Assembly: GCA_002269645.1 (NCBI GenBank) | Contig: NIVC01001893.1 | Location: forward strand, 1-64,000 | Direction of reading: 5' to 3' | Length of the DNA stretch: 64,000 bases | Origin: Macrostomum lignano | Lineage: Eukaryota | Part shown: piece after piece, positions 27,555 to 54,929 of the stretch | How positions within the stretch are numbered: position 1 is the first letter of the stretch | Layout: the number at the start of each line of letters is the position of its first letter | Program-made: the position numbers and the translations under genes | Notes under the pieces: generated by a model | The model's input: only the letters and a program-made list of their open reading frames with translations | Databases searched by the model: none | What the model was told of the DNA's origin: nothing

Positions 27555-28065
27555 GATGGATGACTAATGACTCAATGGGAATTGCTGATAGATGACTAAG
27601 GACTCAATGGGGATTGCTGATAGATGACTAAGGACTCAATGGGGATTGCTGATAGATGACTAATGACTCAATGAGTCAATGGGACTGCTGATAGATGACT
27701 AATGACTCAATGGGAATTGCTGATAGATGACTAATGACTCAATGAGTCAATGGGACTGCTGATAGATGACTAATGACTCAATGAGTCAATGGGACTGCTG
27801 ATAGATGACTAATGACTCAATGGGAATTGCTGATAGATGACTAATGACTCAATGAGTCAATGGGACTGCTGATAGATGACTAATGACTCAATGAGTCAAT
27901 GGGACTGCTGATAGATGACTAATGACTCAATGGGAATTGCTGATAGATGACTAATGACTCAATGAGTCAATGGGACTGCTGATAGATGACTAATGACTCA
28001 ATGAGTCAATGGGAATTGCTGATAAATGACTAATGACTCAATGGGAATTGCTGATAGATGACTTA
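27555..28065. repeat. 32/40-bp minisatellite rich in TGACTCA/TGAGTCA
   Basis: Unit GATGACTAATGACTCAAT(GAGTCAAT)GGGA(A/C)TTGCTGATA, about 14 copies, 200-700 bp upstream of the reticulon ATG. Confidence 0.93.
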
Positions 28066-28758
28066 GGACAATGCCATGCCATAAAAAGTACAATGCCATG
28101 CCATAAAAGCAACAATGAGATGCACAATTATACAATAGGACGCAAAGCATTAAAACAACACGTACTTAATTGTGTATTTTAACGAAATTTGTAAAAATAG
28201 ACAAGGTACTATGATAGAAACAAGTTCAAACTGCGCAAAGCATACAATGGCCGAATTTAAAGTACATTGATCGTGTACTGCAGCACTTAATTTGTACATA
28301 TAACATGTACCTACAAATAAATACACAAACAGTAAATTTTACTGAAAAGCAAAATTTCTTTATTAAACTGTTAGACGAAAAACCCTAGAATAGTTTTGGA
28401 TACTTTGGACACAATGGGACAATGGGCCTATGCGAGAGGGACACAAATCGACATCAATCAACAGGTTCGATGTTTAGTTAATATTTTGAATAAATTGAAT
28501 TTACTAAATTAATATATTGATTCGCAGGAGCAAAACTTCATAACTCAAATTCGTTGTTAAGTTGATGAGATTAGATTATAAACGCAAAAGGTGAAATTAA
28601 AGTTAACACATAAATAAATATAAGTATTACAATCACAGGGATACTGGCGCACAAGACACTTACAGCTTTTTACTGATCATAATTATGAAAACAATCTAGT
28701 GAAATAGTGTGTGTATAATCAATTTTTGAGTCAGTCCGTTATTCAGTTGAAAATTTCC

Positions 28759-44024
<15,266 letters not shown>

Positions 44025-44111
44025 CTAAAGGTTGAAATAAGTTATAAATGGGTTTATTCGAAACATTATAAAATGTTAAGTGGATAATTTCTAACTTAGA
44101 TGTGGAGTCTG

Positions 44112-45518
44112 GGTTAGCGCTACCCAGGTCAAAAGCCATGCAGACCTGCTCAACACGATCCAAGGCAGAGCGTGTAGGCTCATCTGCAACGCCACCAGGT
44201 CCACGCCCTTTGCTGGCATGGGGGCCTTTCTTAATCTTCCGCCTCTTGACCTCTTCATCAGGGGTGAGGCGGCTAGAACGACGCGGCGTCTAATTGATGC
44301 CGGCGTCAAATTCATTTACATGAGAGCACCTGCTAAGCGGAACCTTGTCCCGCATAGCGATCTGTGCCTCAACTTTCTCAACGAGTGTCAGGCCAATCGC
44401 GTCTTCACCGATGGCATTGCCTCAACGCTCAACCTGAGACAGCGCTACTCCGTAGCTATCGACTCGCGCGATAACATCAATGACCATTGGAACCCTGGTG
44501 AGCTTCATTGCTACACCGACGGTTCTAAGCAGTCAGCCAACACCGGCTTTGGTGTTGGAATCTTTCTGAACGGGAGGGTCATCGCTACCCACGCTCAATA
44601 CACTGGGGTCAACTCCAGTGTTTTCCAAAATGAAGTTCTGGCCATCAGCTCCTGCACTGCAGAGCTTCTCGCCACTGGCGTTACTGGTAAGAACATCATT
44701 TTCCATTCGGACAGCCAAGCTGCCTTGCACGCCATCAGTGGCTGCAGCACCAACTCTGCTACAGTCCTTGACTGTATCAAACTCCTCAATGTGTTGGGTT
44801 CCGCCAACAAAATTACCCTTAAGTGGGTTCCGGGGCATGTGGGGATCCGAGGAAATGAGTTGGCTGACACCCTTGCAAAAGTTGGTGCCTCCGGCTCCTC
44901 TCTCGGCCCCGAACCTCTTGTCCCGATTCCTGGCTGTGTCATCGACTCGCGCATCAAAGCGTGGATCAGGACTCAGCACCGCTCGACTTGGGCGAACCGC
45001 ACGAACTGCAGGCAATCCAGAGGCGCTGTCCCTCAGCCCTCTCACCAGCTCCGGAAGCTCCTCTTGCGCCTCTCGCGCAGAGACATCCGGGCTGCCACCA
45101 TGACCCTCTCTGGTCACGGCTGCTTCTCCAGGCACCAGTACCTGCAGGGCAACGCCACCAACGCCACCTGTAGTTTCTGCAACTCAGGTGACGAAACCGC
45201 TGAGCATTTCGTCAGCATCTGTCCCGCCTTCACGCGGGCCAGACTCACTTACCTCGGGCCACACACATCTATTACTGAAGCGTGCAAACCCGAAAACTTT
45301 AATCAGCTCATGCGCTACCTTCGGGCCACCCGCAGGGCTGAACTCTCCTTTCCAGAGAGCACCATAGCTGCTGGCGACACTGGGGGACCTCCCTGGGCGG
45401 CGCCAACCCTCCGTCCATAGCGACGCGTCGGCCGTTCAGGGACTAGCAGAATGGGCGCCCGCGCCTTCCCGCTGTGTCCCCTCCGGGACAGCCCTGCAGC
45501 TAAGTCAAGTAAGTCAAG
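44112..45518 (+). mobile_element. 5'-truncated RNase H-bearing non-LTR retrotransposon (I-group, LOA/Lian-like)
   Basis: Uninterrupted frame from 44112: RT thumb (IQGRAC...STP...LPPLDL), RNase H (YTDGS, EVLAI, SDSQAAL, WVPGHVGIRGNELAD), then GH...CSFC...ETAEH. Tail TAAGTCAAGTAAGTCAAG; 15-bp TSD TAGATGTGGAGTCTG at 44097-44111 and 45519-45533. Confidence 0.95.
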
Positions 45519-45588
45519 TAGATGTGGAGTCTGAAACATTGCAACTAATAGAATCTAGATTTGAATCTATTTGAATAATTTTTTGTAC

Positions 45589-45760
45589 CATGCTTGGGCG
45601 CAACCTTGGGATTCACTTGGCCACCTCTACTGGCAACACACACATGTAAGTCGCTATTGGACAGAAAAGTAGTCACGTAACTGCTCTCAGCCAATAGCAA
45701 CTTACATGTATGTGTTGCCAATAGAAATGGCCGAGTGATTCCCAAAGTTGCGCATGTATG
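45589..45760. mobile_element. Palindromic hAT MITE family, copy 1 (172 bp)
   Basis: Ends CATGCTTGGGCGCAAC / GTTGCGCATGTATG; perfect 8-bp TSD TTTTGTAC. Confidence 0.92.
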
Positions 45761-46249
45761 TTTTGTACTATTTATAAGCAATAGCCCATATTGCTTATAG
45801 GTGGTATATGCTCTAAAACCATTATCTAGCTATAGAATGAAAAAATCATTGCATAAAAACAATGCACACAAAATATTTTGTACTCAATACTATTTAGTAA
45901 TAGACATATACCATATTTAAATTTACATTGGTTATACCATATAGTTTTGAATTTACTTGACTATTAATTCTTTTATATTTTGCCCAATGGCTATGGCTAT
46001 TAAGTTTTACCTAGCTACTTTTGCAACTTGATTTATTTACTATCTTTTTTCCTTGCTTATGTTATTGTTATATTATTGTTATGCTTGTATGCTTCTTTTT
46101 GCCTTTAACTTTTTAATATTTTGCTTCTTTGCTAATAATATATCTTAATTATTTTAAAAACTATTAATTGAAATCTTTATTGCTTAATTTATACATAAAA
46201 TTGAAAAAGCAGGCATATTGAAAGCATAATAAAAGACTGGCCTAACAAC

Positions 46250-46739
46250 CATAGTCCATTTTATTACAGTTATGCTGAAAATCTCTGGCATAAATCTAGA
46301 AAAAAATTAGCTTTGGCATAAATGCTTGGTGTAAGAATTGATAGAAAAATGGATTGGCATAAATGGCTAGCATAAAAAAATTATAGATTATCTTTTGGCA
46401 AATTTTCCTGACTAGAAATAAACATGACTAGGGTTTCAATGACTGTGTAACTTACTTTGTATTTGAATAAAATTGAGAATTTAAATCCTTATATATTTAA
46501 TTATTTGTAAAAAGTAAAACAAGATTTTAAATCAAGAAATTATGCTATAAAATCAATACTTTTCTCTTATTATCTTTTTGATATTTTTTATGTTTATTGG
46601 CTTGCATTTGTAATTAGTCCATTTTTGTTTGGGTGTGCATCTAGCATGATCTGGACTATAGCCCTGGCATAAGTCTGGCATAAATTATGAAATTTCATCA
46701 GTTTTTTCCAGTATAACTTGAGGCATAAAATGGACTATG
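46250..46739. mobile_element. Old MITE with 15-bp TIR and internal TGGCATAAA repeats
   Basis: CATAGTCCATTTTAT / ATAAAATGGACTATG; no TSD visible. Confidence 0.6.
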
Positions 46740-49022
46740 CCTATGGCCTATTTTATTTATAAATTATTCATAAATATAAAAAATATTCTTAGTTTACTTG
46801 AAAAAAAAGTAAAAAACCTAATAATGCTTTAACCTTTGACAGATTTTATTGATATGAATAAAAGGCTTATACTAGTTTTAATCTTATTAATCATTTCATA
46901 AAATCACAATGATATTACCAAGTTATTACATACCTTCATCAATAATATTGCTGATTTCCATTTTAAGTTTTTATCTAGCTACACTGCCTTTTGAGTCTTG
47001 ACTTTGGATTCAATTGTTTTACTCTTATGGTTAGGCCAGGCCTAAAAAGACCTTTTTAGGTTAAGTAAATTATGAGTTTAGACTACTATTTAAGCTTTAA
47101 CAAATTAGCTAACAAAATAGAAATCTAGAATCATGAGGCTTATAACAGCATTAAGTAGCTTTTAGCATACTATAACAAGAATAGGCCTGAGCTTAGGGCC
47201 TAGTCAAAATATTCACTTCAATAAATAAGTTCACAGTCTGTGTATATCTATGACTATATGAGATGAGTTAAGTTAATGATTTAAATTATTTTATAAAATA
47301 TGTATTAAAGTCATTACTAGCATATGCTTTCTGGTGTTAATACAGTTTTAATTCAAGAGAATTCAAATATCTTGTATTCTTGATAATTTAATAGATTTGA
47401 CTTTTTTCACTGGGCAACTGCCACACTGGCTGGCACTGCCTCTTTCAAAACTCAAAACTGAAACTTGAACCTAAATGTAAACTTTTAAGTTTGAAGAGCT
47501 GTATTATAATTTATTTATTAGTAAAATGTCTAAAGAATAGCATTAAATTTATGCCCTTTACACAAATTCATTTATTCACAATTTTTGTTTGTCACTTATA
47601 TTTTATTTATAATATCAATAAGAAATTTTATGTTAGGAACCGTAAGACTGAAAATGCGCCAGAAACAGTTCTCAGTGTATAACAAAAATCCAAATAATAG
47701 TGGAGATACAAACTCTGCTGCTCAAACCAAAGGGTTGCTGCTTAGATATTTATCCTAAATTGTTTTTCTTGTTTAGAATGACGTACTAACTATAAAAAGC
47801 GACCTTATAGAAAAATATTGACGGAGTTACTAACTAGCTATTCATTTTCAGTTTTGAACTATTTGCAATCAGTTTTAATTTTTTCTTGCATCTGATTCCG
47901 ACACTTTTTGGCAGGGACTATACTTAAGAAGTGACTTCAGTGGTCCAGTTGCTTTTGGTTGTGTAGCTTCAGATTTTTCACCATGCAGTTTTGACAAGCT
48001 GTACAATATACAGTTTCCGCGTTTTCAGTTTGCATTTTAAACAAACAGTCGATCAGTTCCAACAACTGCCACCAATTCAAGTGAAGTAGGGCAACCGTTT
48101 TCGACCAGTTGCAACAAAAATAAAACAGCGATTCAGAATCGGCACTTGTGCATGCATTTTCGACAAAAAATAAAAAAACATATAAAGTATGCAGTTCTTA
48201 CAGCAATTGCGCCAACCATGCAATTTCGTCAAGTGTGATGGAATTAAAGAGCCAGAGCAGTAGGGAAATTATTATCAAAAGAAAAATCCTTCTTCCGTTT
48301 CCTATGCTATGAATTGACAGTACAATGTATAAATTCCCGAGGGTCACGATAAGAAAAATCCTCGGGGTCCGGCCGAATAAGAAAATTTCCCGGAAAATTA
48401 AATCGACATCCCTAGTTGCGCACTATAGGAAAGCTGCCTCAGAGCCCAGACTATATATAGTGCACAATTGTATAATACCGTCCCCCCGCGCGCACGCGGG
48501 ATGCCAACTGAAAGAAAATATACTCATATTCATATTTTGCAAGTTTGCAACTTGCACTACGCGACGCTGACGCAGAGTTGGGCTGGGTGAGGAGGGATTA
48601 GGAAGAGCGGAGGGCGAAGATCGAATGGATTGAAGCTTTCGCCCGATGTTGAATGTTTTTTCAAGCATTTTTTTGGCCAGGCCAGGTGATAGACGCTGGT
48701 CGAAAGACGCTAGGGGAAAGGTCCATTTGCTTACTGGGGCAAATGGTGGCGACTTTTCAATGTTGCTGCTGAGTATTATTGAATATTTTTTTATCGCAAA
48801 TAATATTTTGAAAATTTCAAGCGGACACGCACAGGTGCACGTAAACCGTTCAGCCACAATGATAAAACGCCCTAACATGAACGAAAACTTGGGTTAATGG
48901 CAGTTTTGAACTTTCTAACGCATTCATTCAAGTGCAACTGAACTCAATCTCTATGACTTCTACATCTATATAATAGACGTGGCAGATAACGTGCACTGTC
49001 CCAAAAACCAAACAAGCTTTTA

Positions 49023-49067
49023 GTCACGTGAGCGTCGCGCTATCAATTGACGATCTCATCCTATTGG
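49023..49067. promoter_or_regulatory. Candidate promoter motifs (E-box and reverse CCAAT) between divergent genes
   Basis: GTCACGTG at 49023-49030 and ATTGG at 49063-49067, ~310-350 bp upstream of the UBA-gene ATG. Motif match only. Confidence 0.3.
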
Positions 49068-49375
49068 TTGCGTGTGGAAGAGGAAATGGGGTGGTGGGCG
49101 AGACACATGCCTAGCCGATAGTTTTGGGGTAAGAGATTTTTAGGGGTAGGGGCTGCATATGGGGGGTGGGGTGGCGGGTTCGCACGTTCAAGCCAAAACT
49201 GAGACCTGGGTGAGTCAGTCGCTTTGCAACCCCCGGTTAAGAAATAAAGGGTTTTGTGTGGGCGAGACAGACTTTGTTATTTAATAAGTCTCGCCAAAAA
49301 CTTTTAGATAAGAGCGCTGATATTTTGAGTGCTATATTATTTCAAGAATAATCAGCAGACACAACAAATTTAATT

Positions 49376-49921
49376 ATGTCTGGCCGCATGTTACAGCACG
49401 ACAGCACAGTTGGAGGTCGCCACTGCTGGACAAGTGGTCAAGTGATGCTGTTGCAACAGCAGCCTCAGCCGGCGCTCCAGCTTCCAACAGCCATGGGTGG
49501 TTATCTTCATCCTCAGCAAGGTTATCATCGTCGTTCTCAAAATGTCTGGCCGACTCAGTCGATCATTGACAACCAATTGGAGGCGCTGGGTAGGCGACTT
49601 CAGTCTTGCATTGTGCAGCTGATCAACCAAGGATTCAATGAATCAGAAGCGCGTCTAAGCCTATTGCGTCATCGATTCAACGTTGAAGCCGCTTCCGAGG
49701 AGCTGCATCACGCCGCATTTATGCGCAAATTGCAGCGAGCCTCGCAGACTCGAGCCGAACTTGGCTACGTTCGATCTGACGTCTACAGGTGCGGGCACAA
49801 ATGTCTGCAGCGGTACCAGCCTTGCCTGCCCAGCATTTTCGAGGCCAACAGTGCGACTTTGACAAGCTCAGCTACAGTCGCTTTTCCTATTCACGAACGG
49901 GCGAAGTCGAGCTTCACTTGA
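49376..49921 (+). CDS. Small UBA-like domain protein (181 aa)
   Basis: ATG-initiated ORF; QLINQGFNESEARLSLLRHRFNVEAASEEL fits the UBA pattern (LxxMGF...A..AL...NVE.A..L). Confidence 0.7.
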   Translation: MSGRMLQHDSTVGGRHCWTSGQVMLLQQQPQPALQLPTAMGGYLHPQQGYHRRSQNVWPTQSIIDNQLEALGRRLQSCIVQLINQGFNESEARLSLLRHRFNVEAASEELHHAAFMRKLQRASQTRAELGYVRSDVYRCGHKCLQRYQPCLPSIFEANSATLTSSATVAFPIHERAKSSFT

Positions 49922-51194
49922 AATGCGGGGGTTGCAGCTGGTACTGACGAACACTGTTCGGTTAAAGTTTTTTGGTTGCTAAATTACATAACGTTAGTTT
50001 TTTTCTTGACAAGCTCATTTAACCTATGACAGTTTTTTGCACTCGATTTTTTAGCCTGTGCAGTTTATAAACAGTTGTTTTAAGTGTGTATTATATATTT
50101 TTCGCGTTTCTGGTTTTACGTGTTGTGCGCAATTTTTCTTGTTTTTTTCCAAATCTCTAACTTTATTTACTTTCTGTTCCTACTTATGTGCAATTCTTTT
50201 TGAACTGTTGTTTATTGGTTTCCCAATTTTCTTTCCCATTTTGCAACTCATGTGTCTTTATATTAATAAAAAATACAATGCTGCATGTAATAAATAAAGT
50301 AACAAACAGTTCTGAGGAAAGTCAGAGAGTGGTTCTGCATGAAATTGGCCGATTCGGCTTCTTCAATACTTTAGGTCTTTAAATTTTAAAAATAGTCTGG
50401 TAAAACTGCAGCTCATTACAGTGTAAGTCGGCGCCCTCACTTAAAAACGCCACTCTATTAGCAGTAGAAAGACCACGCTATTTTTCCCCATGGGAAAAGA
50501 CCACGGGGGTGTATTACAAATACACACGACCCATTTCACGATAGCTCGCAAACCGAATTACCGATTTTCGTAAAAGTCCACCTTATGAATCAAAATTTTC
50601 CGCCCTTTCTAACGAACTAACTTTTAAAGTCATCCGACGTCAGCATCGTCGAGATATTCAACGATTCTTGTCGAAGACACTGGTGGCAAGGACAACCAAC
50701 ACTACACTGTATAAACCTTTATGATGAATCCATATTGGCTCAATAATTTGGTCCATCTGTCGTAGAGGCCTTTGTTCTCAGCATCCCAGGCACCAGGGTC
50801 CCCTTCATCACCGTCTGGAGCAGCGGCGGCGACCGTCGGGACCTTCAACAAAAGCACCCGATCGGCATCTCAGAGACGGCTGCGTTCCCAAAACTGAAAT
50901 GGAAGAATCCTCTTCTGCATGCAGCATCCAGTCAGTAGACATATAATCGGTGAATGAAATGGACGATGGCGACTCTCTAGGCTGACCTGTAGACATACAG
51001 GCGACCTTCGGAACCTTCAACGGAGTGCCTCGTACAATTGCGGCCCCGACGAGCTGACACCGCCAACATCTTGATTTTTCTATCAAGGCACCAAACCAGG
51101 CATGTTTGCATATTATACAATGCTTTTGCACTATGATACATTAGAGAGTTACAGATTAACTGGTGACTAAAAGAAATAAAATATTTAATTTGTC

Positions 51195-51365
51195 AAAAAT
51201 GATATTACAGCATGTCAAAAATGATATTACAGCATGTCAAATATGATGTTACAGCATGTCAAATATGATGTTAAAGCATGTCAAAATGATATTACAGCAT
51301 GTCAAGACTGATATATTCCAGCATGTAAAAAGTGATACTACAGCATTTCACATATGATACTACAG
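51195..51365. repeat. ~20-bp repeat AAATGATATTACAGCATGTC inside the piggyBac
   Basis: About 8 degenerate copies between the transposase stop and the second ORF. Confidence 0.8.
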
Positions 51366-51968
51366 CAAATTCAGAGCAGAAGGATTTGAGCACCGATATA
51401 AACACAAAAGCGGAGTCAATTGGCACTATTTAATTTGGTGCAAACTCGCGCAGTAATGGTGACTCACTGTCTCTTCCATCGCGGTGTGTTCGACAAATTC
51501 CATCGTCACACATGCAACACTTCCTTGTTGTTGCTCTCAAGGCACGCTTCTCGTCCTTCGACTTTTATCTCGCGCATGTTGCACAGCGCTTTCTGCCACC
51601 AACTGACACCACAGCCTCCGCTTCGCGAGCCTGTTCCTTCATTTGCTCGTCGTTGATTTGACAACCTGCGAGCTGGAACATCAGCCGGTGATGATTGGAC
51701 AGATTCTGAAGAAGAGCGGCCGATTACGAGCGCTCCTCGATCAGAGGTTGCAGAAGTTGCGCAGCTGCCTTGCGCTGGAACTCGTTGCGATAGTTCGGCG
51801 AGGCGCAGAGCTCCGGATGCGCCAGTCTCCAGATAGCAGCGGCATTTACAGCGGCTATGTGAGTACGCCGCCGGAGAAGATTGCCTTCTCGCTTGAGTCG
51901 GACTTTCGCTTGCAGTCGGATGTGCGGAACATCCTGTTGCAGGTGTCCGTGCCACTCTTGGTAGAATT

Positions 51969-52424
51969 CAGTGGCGTAGCCAGGAATTTCAATTGGGTGG
52001 GGGGGCGGGTTGGCCCGGCTGGTCATGCCTTATGCCATTGCCACTTTTGGCGCCGCAGGCACTCATTTTAGCGCCGCAGGCACTCATTTTAGCGCCGCAG
52101 GCACTCATTTTAGCGCCGCATGCACTCATTTTGGCGCCGCATGCACTGCACTCATTTTGGCGCCGCGTGCACTCATTTTGGCGCCGCATGCACTGCACTC
52201 ATTTTGGCGCCGCAGGCACTCATTTTGGCGCCGCAGACACTCATTTTAGCGCCGCATGCACTCATTTTGGCGCCGCAGGCACTCATTTTGGCGCCGCAGG
52301 CACTCATTTTGGCGCCGCAGGCACTCATTCTAGCGCCGCAGGCACTCAATTGCCTCATGGTTTTTGGTACCCGCCGCGCCCAACCCCACCCCCCCCCCCG
52401 GTCATCCCCCCTGCTACGCCACTG
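51969..52424. mobile_element. hAT MITE nested in the piggyBac transposase
   Basis: 12-bp TIR CAGTGGCGTAGC / GCTACGCCACTG; perfect 8-bp TSD GTAGAATT (51961-68, 52425-32); internal 21-bp repeats GCAGGCACTCATTTTGGCGCC. Confidence 0.95.
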
Positions 52425-54929
52425 GTAGAATTGTAGTACGTGCCTATTGCTACAGGCTTGCCATTGGGAAGCAATTGTCTGTCGTGATGCATGGTGGACA
52501 TAGACATCACGTTTCGGCCTGTCTTGGGGCAATAGGACACACGTGAGCTCCTCAGAAAACAAACCGGAATTCGCTCGTGTGTGGAGCCATGGTTTGAATT
52601 GAATTCTTGAGATCGGCTGGCAGGCCACCACGGCACGAGTGCGCATCACTGTTCCAATAAACGTGAATCCCATTTCTCGGTACAAGTGATTGGCCAGCGC
52701 AGGACTCGAGAAGAATCTGTCACGTGATGTTGTACCAGTGTCCTCTGAATGGATCAGACAAGCGGCAAACAACTTGCTCACCAATCTCCACACCTCTGAG
52801 TCCTTGGCCAACCGAGCATCGGATTCCTGTGATGCAAAATTAGTGGACAGCAGTGTTCCTTTGCCAGCGCAGATTTCCGCATTGAACACATAGCGGTTGT
52901 CATGTCATCCTGAATCTTTGGATTCCCAGCCGATGTCAGCAGGAACAGCTTGGCACCATTGCGACCGGGCTTCTCCTTCAGAAAGACCGTCAAGTCACAG
53001 TTCACACCCCAGTAGACAACCAGAGTTTCGTCGACGCAGAGGTACGGTCCGGGAAGGACAGGATGGCGCAGCTGACTGACAAAGGTGTCCCACGGGCGTC
53101 GGATGCCGTAGAGCTTGTCCGTTGCGGCAGTCCACTGACGATGTTCAGCAGTTTCGAATTTAACATGGTGCAATTGTATAATATGCAAACATGCCTGATT
53201 TGGTGCCTTGATAGAAAAATCACGATGTTAGGGGTGCCAGCTCGTCGGGGCCTCATGGTGGCACTCCGTTGAAGGTCCGACGGTCGCCGCCGATGCTCCA
53301 GACGGTGATGAAGGGGACCCTGGTGCCTGCGATGCTGAGAGCAAAAGTTCCTGCGACTGATATGCATATAGTTTGTTGAGCCGATGTGGTTTCATGTTGA
53401 GATTTTGTGAGCAGAAAATGTTTACCAATGTTGGTGGTTTTTGCCACCAGACACGCCGAGGAGAATAGTTGAATGCGAGTATCTCGATGATGCCGACTTT
53501 TCGTGATTCTCGAAGTGGCTTCATCGAATAGAGCGGAAAATTTTAGCCCGTTTTCTGGATTTTAATGGCAATTGGTTGTATATTTTTGGAGATCCAAACA
53601 AAGGAAAATGTGTGTATTTGAATTCCACCCCACATGGTCTTTCTACTGTTAAAGAAAATGTCAAAATTCTTGAATAAAGCGTGCTTAAAAATAAATTCGA
53701 TTCAACTACTGTTCTAGCAAACCAGTAAGTATAGTATACGAATATTCACATGCATCTACCTTATATGCATGTAAAATTAACAGAGATCAGGGGGGCAACA
53801 ACATCGTGTAGGTTATCTGAAGGCCGGATTTTCTGCATGAAATCCACAGAATTTCCAACAGCACATGCTTTCTTAAACCGCTGTTTTCGTGGGAAAAACT
53901 TAGGTAAATAACACACTGTATTTGTCACTGGTCAGATACATGTACTAATTCCCGTAGCTTCATTCATTTACATGTACGGTGTAGGGCCAAAGGCAGACAC
54001 TTAGAACCCAAAAATTTCAAGAAAGAATTTTGGTTGAAAAATACACATTACAACAGTACTCTATGTACATGAGAATGTATAAACCGTACGGAATTATACA
54101 TTTGTATTCATATGAAACAAATTTAAGCAATTTACACATTCCAGCATGAAAAAGTGCTTATATATTACTAGCTACCCGATTTTAAGTAGTAATATTAGAC
54201 TGTATATCAAAAATATTTTAAATACGTAATTGAGCTGAATTTATAGATAGACCAGATGGATTGTATTTTTCTGCTTTTAACATCCAAAGTTTGTCGATAG
54301 CTAATAATTCAATTATTTTGATCAAAAGAAATATCGATTCAGCGTCCCATTAAAATGTGCTGTTCATTTACCCTTACTAACCATTACATAACTGTACATG
54401 GACATGTAAATGCGCGATCGTCCATCTCCTGATGAAGTAAGCTTTAGTAGTTAGAAAAAAGTACTTTCAAGTTTACAAAGTACAATAATTACGTGTGTGG
54501 TCGTATAATGCCTGATACCACAGTACAGCAGTAGTTTGAATCCATTAATAAAAGTAGACATCTTGCATTCAAAACACTGTAACTCTTTAATTAAGTGATT
54601 GGCATCATCAACATAATTTATCGTGCGGTGATTGGAATACTTATCAGGATCTGGGCAATTTATCCCTTAATTGTCTCAGTAGAATCCCATTGTGAGCATT
54701 AATTATAAAACATCTCCCAGTTTGCTTATCGAGTAGAATCTCATAGCGTTGTTGCTCTGTCTCTCGAAAGAGATTCTTGAAATAAAAGGATTCGTACAGT
54801 ATGTTCATTAAGGCGCAAAATAGGATTCTACAGTTTAAATTATGTAGTAAACAAATGGAAATAAAAAAGTGGCCTAGAAAATATCCAGCTGATGCTGCCA
54901 GCCGAGGTTTACCAGCCGAGACTTGTCTT

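Larger units (their letters stand above)
50462..53648 (-). mobile_element. Decayed piggyBac-family transposon
   Basis: TIR CAGTAGAAAGACCA at both ends, flanked by TTAG (50458-61) and TTAA (53649-52). Transposase fragments on minus: ATDKL...PGPYLCVDE, DRFFSSPALA...FIGT, YYNSTKSGTD (after removing the MITE), IAAVNA, and a C-terminal RKRCATC...C..C...IC..H with a stop. Multiple frameshifts. Confidence 0.92.

Noticed and set aside
44533-45135. Antisense ORFs over the LINE, SLC46 and MAT exons (also 60686-61255)
   Set aside because: Shadow frames of GC-rich coding sequence.
48423-48878. Minus-strand ORF as Raf exon 1
   Set aside because: No Raf homology and no convincing phase-1 donor; left unassigned.
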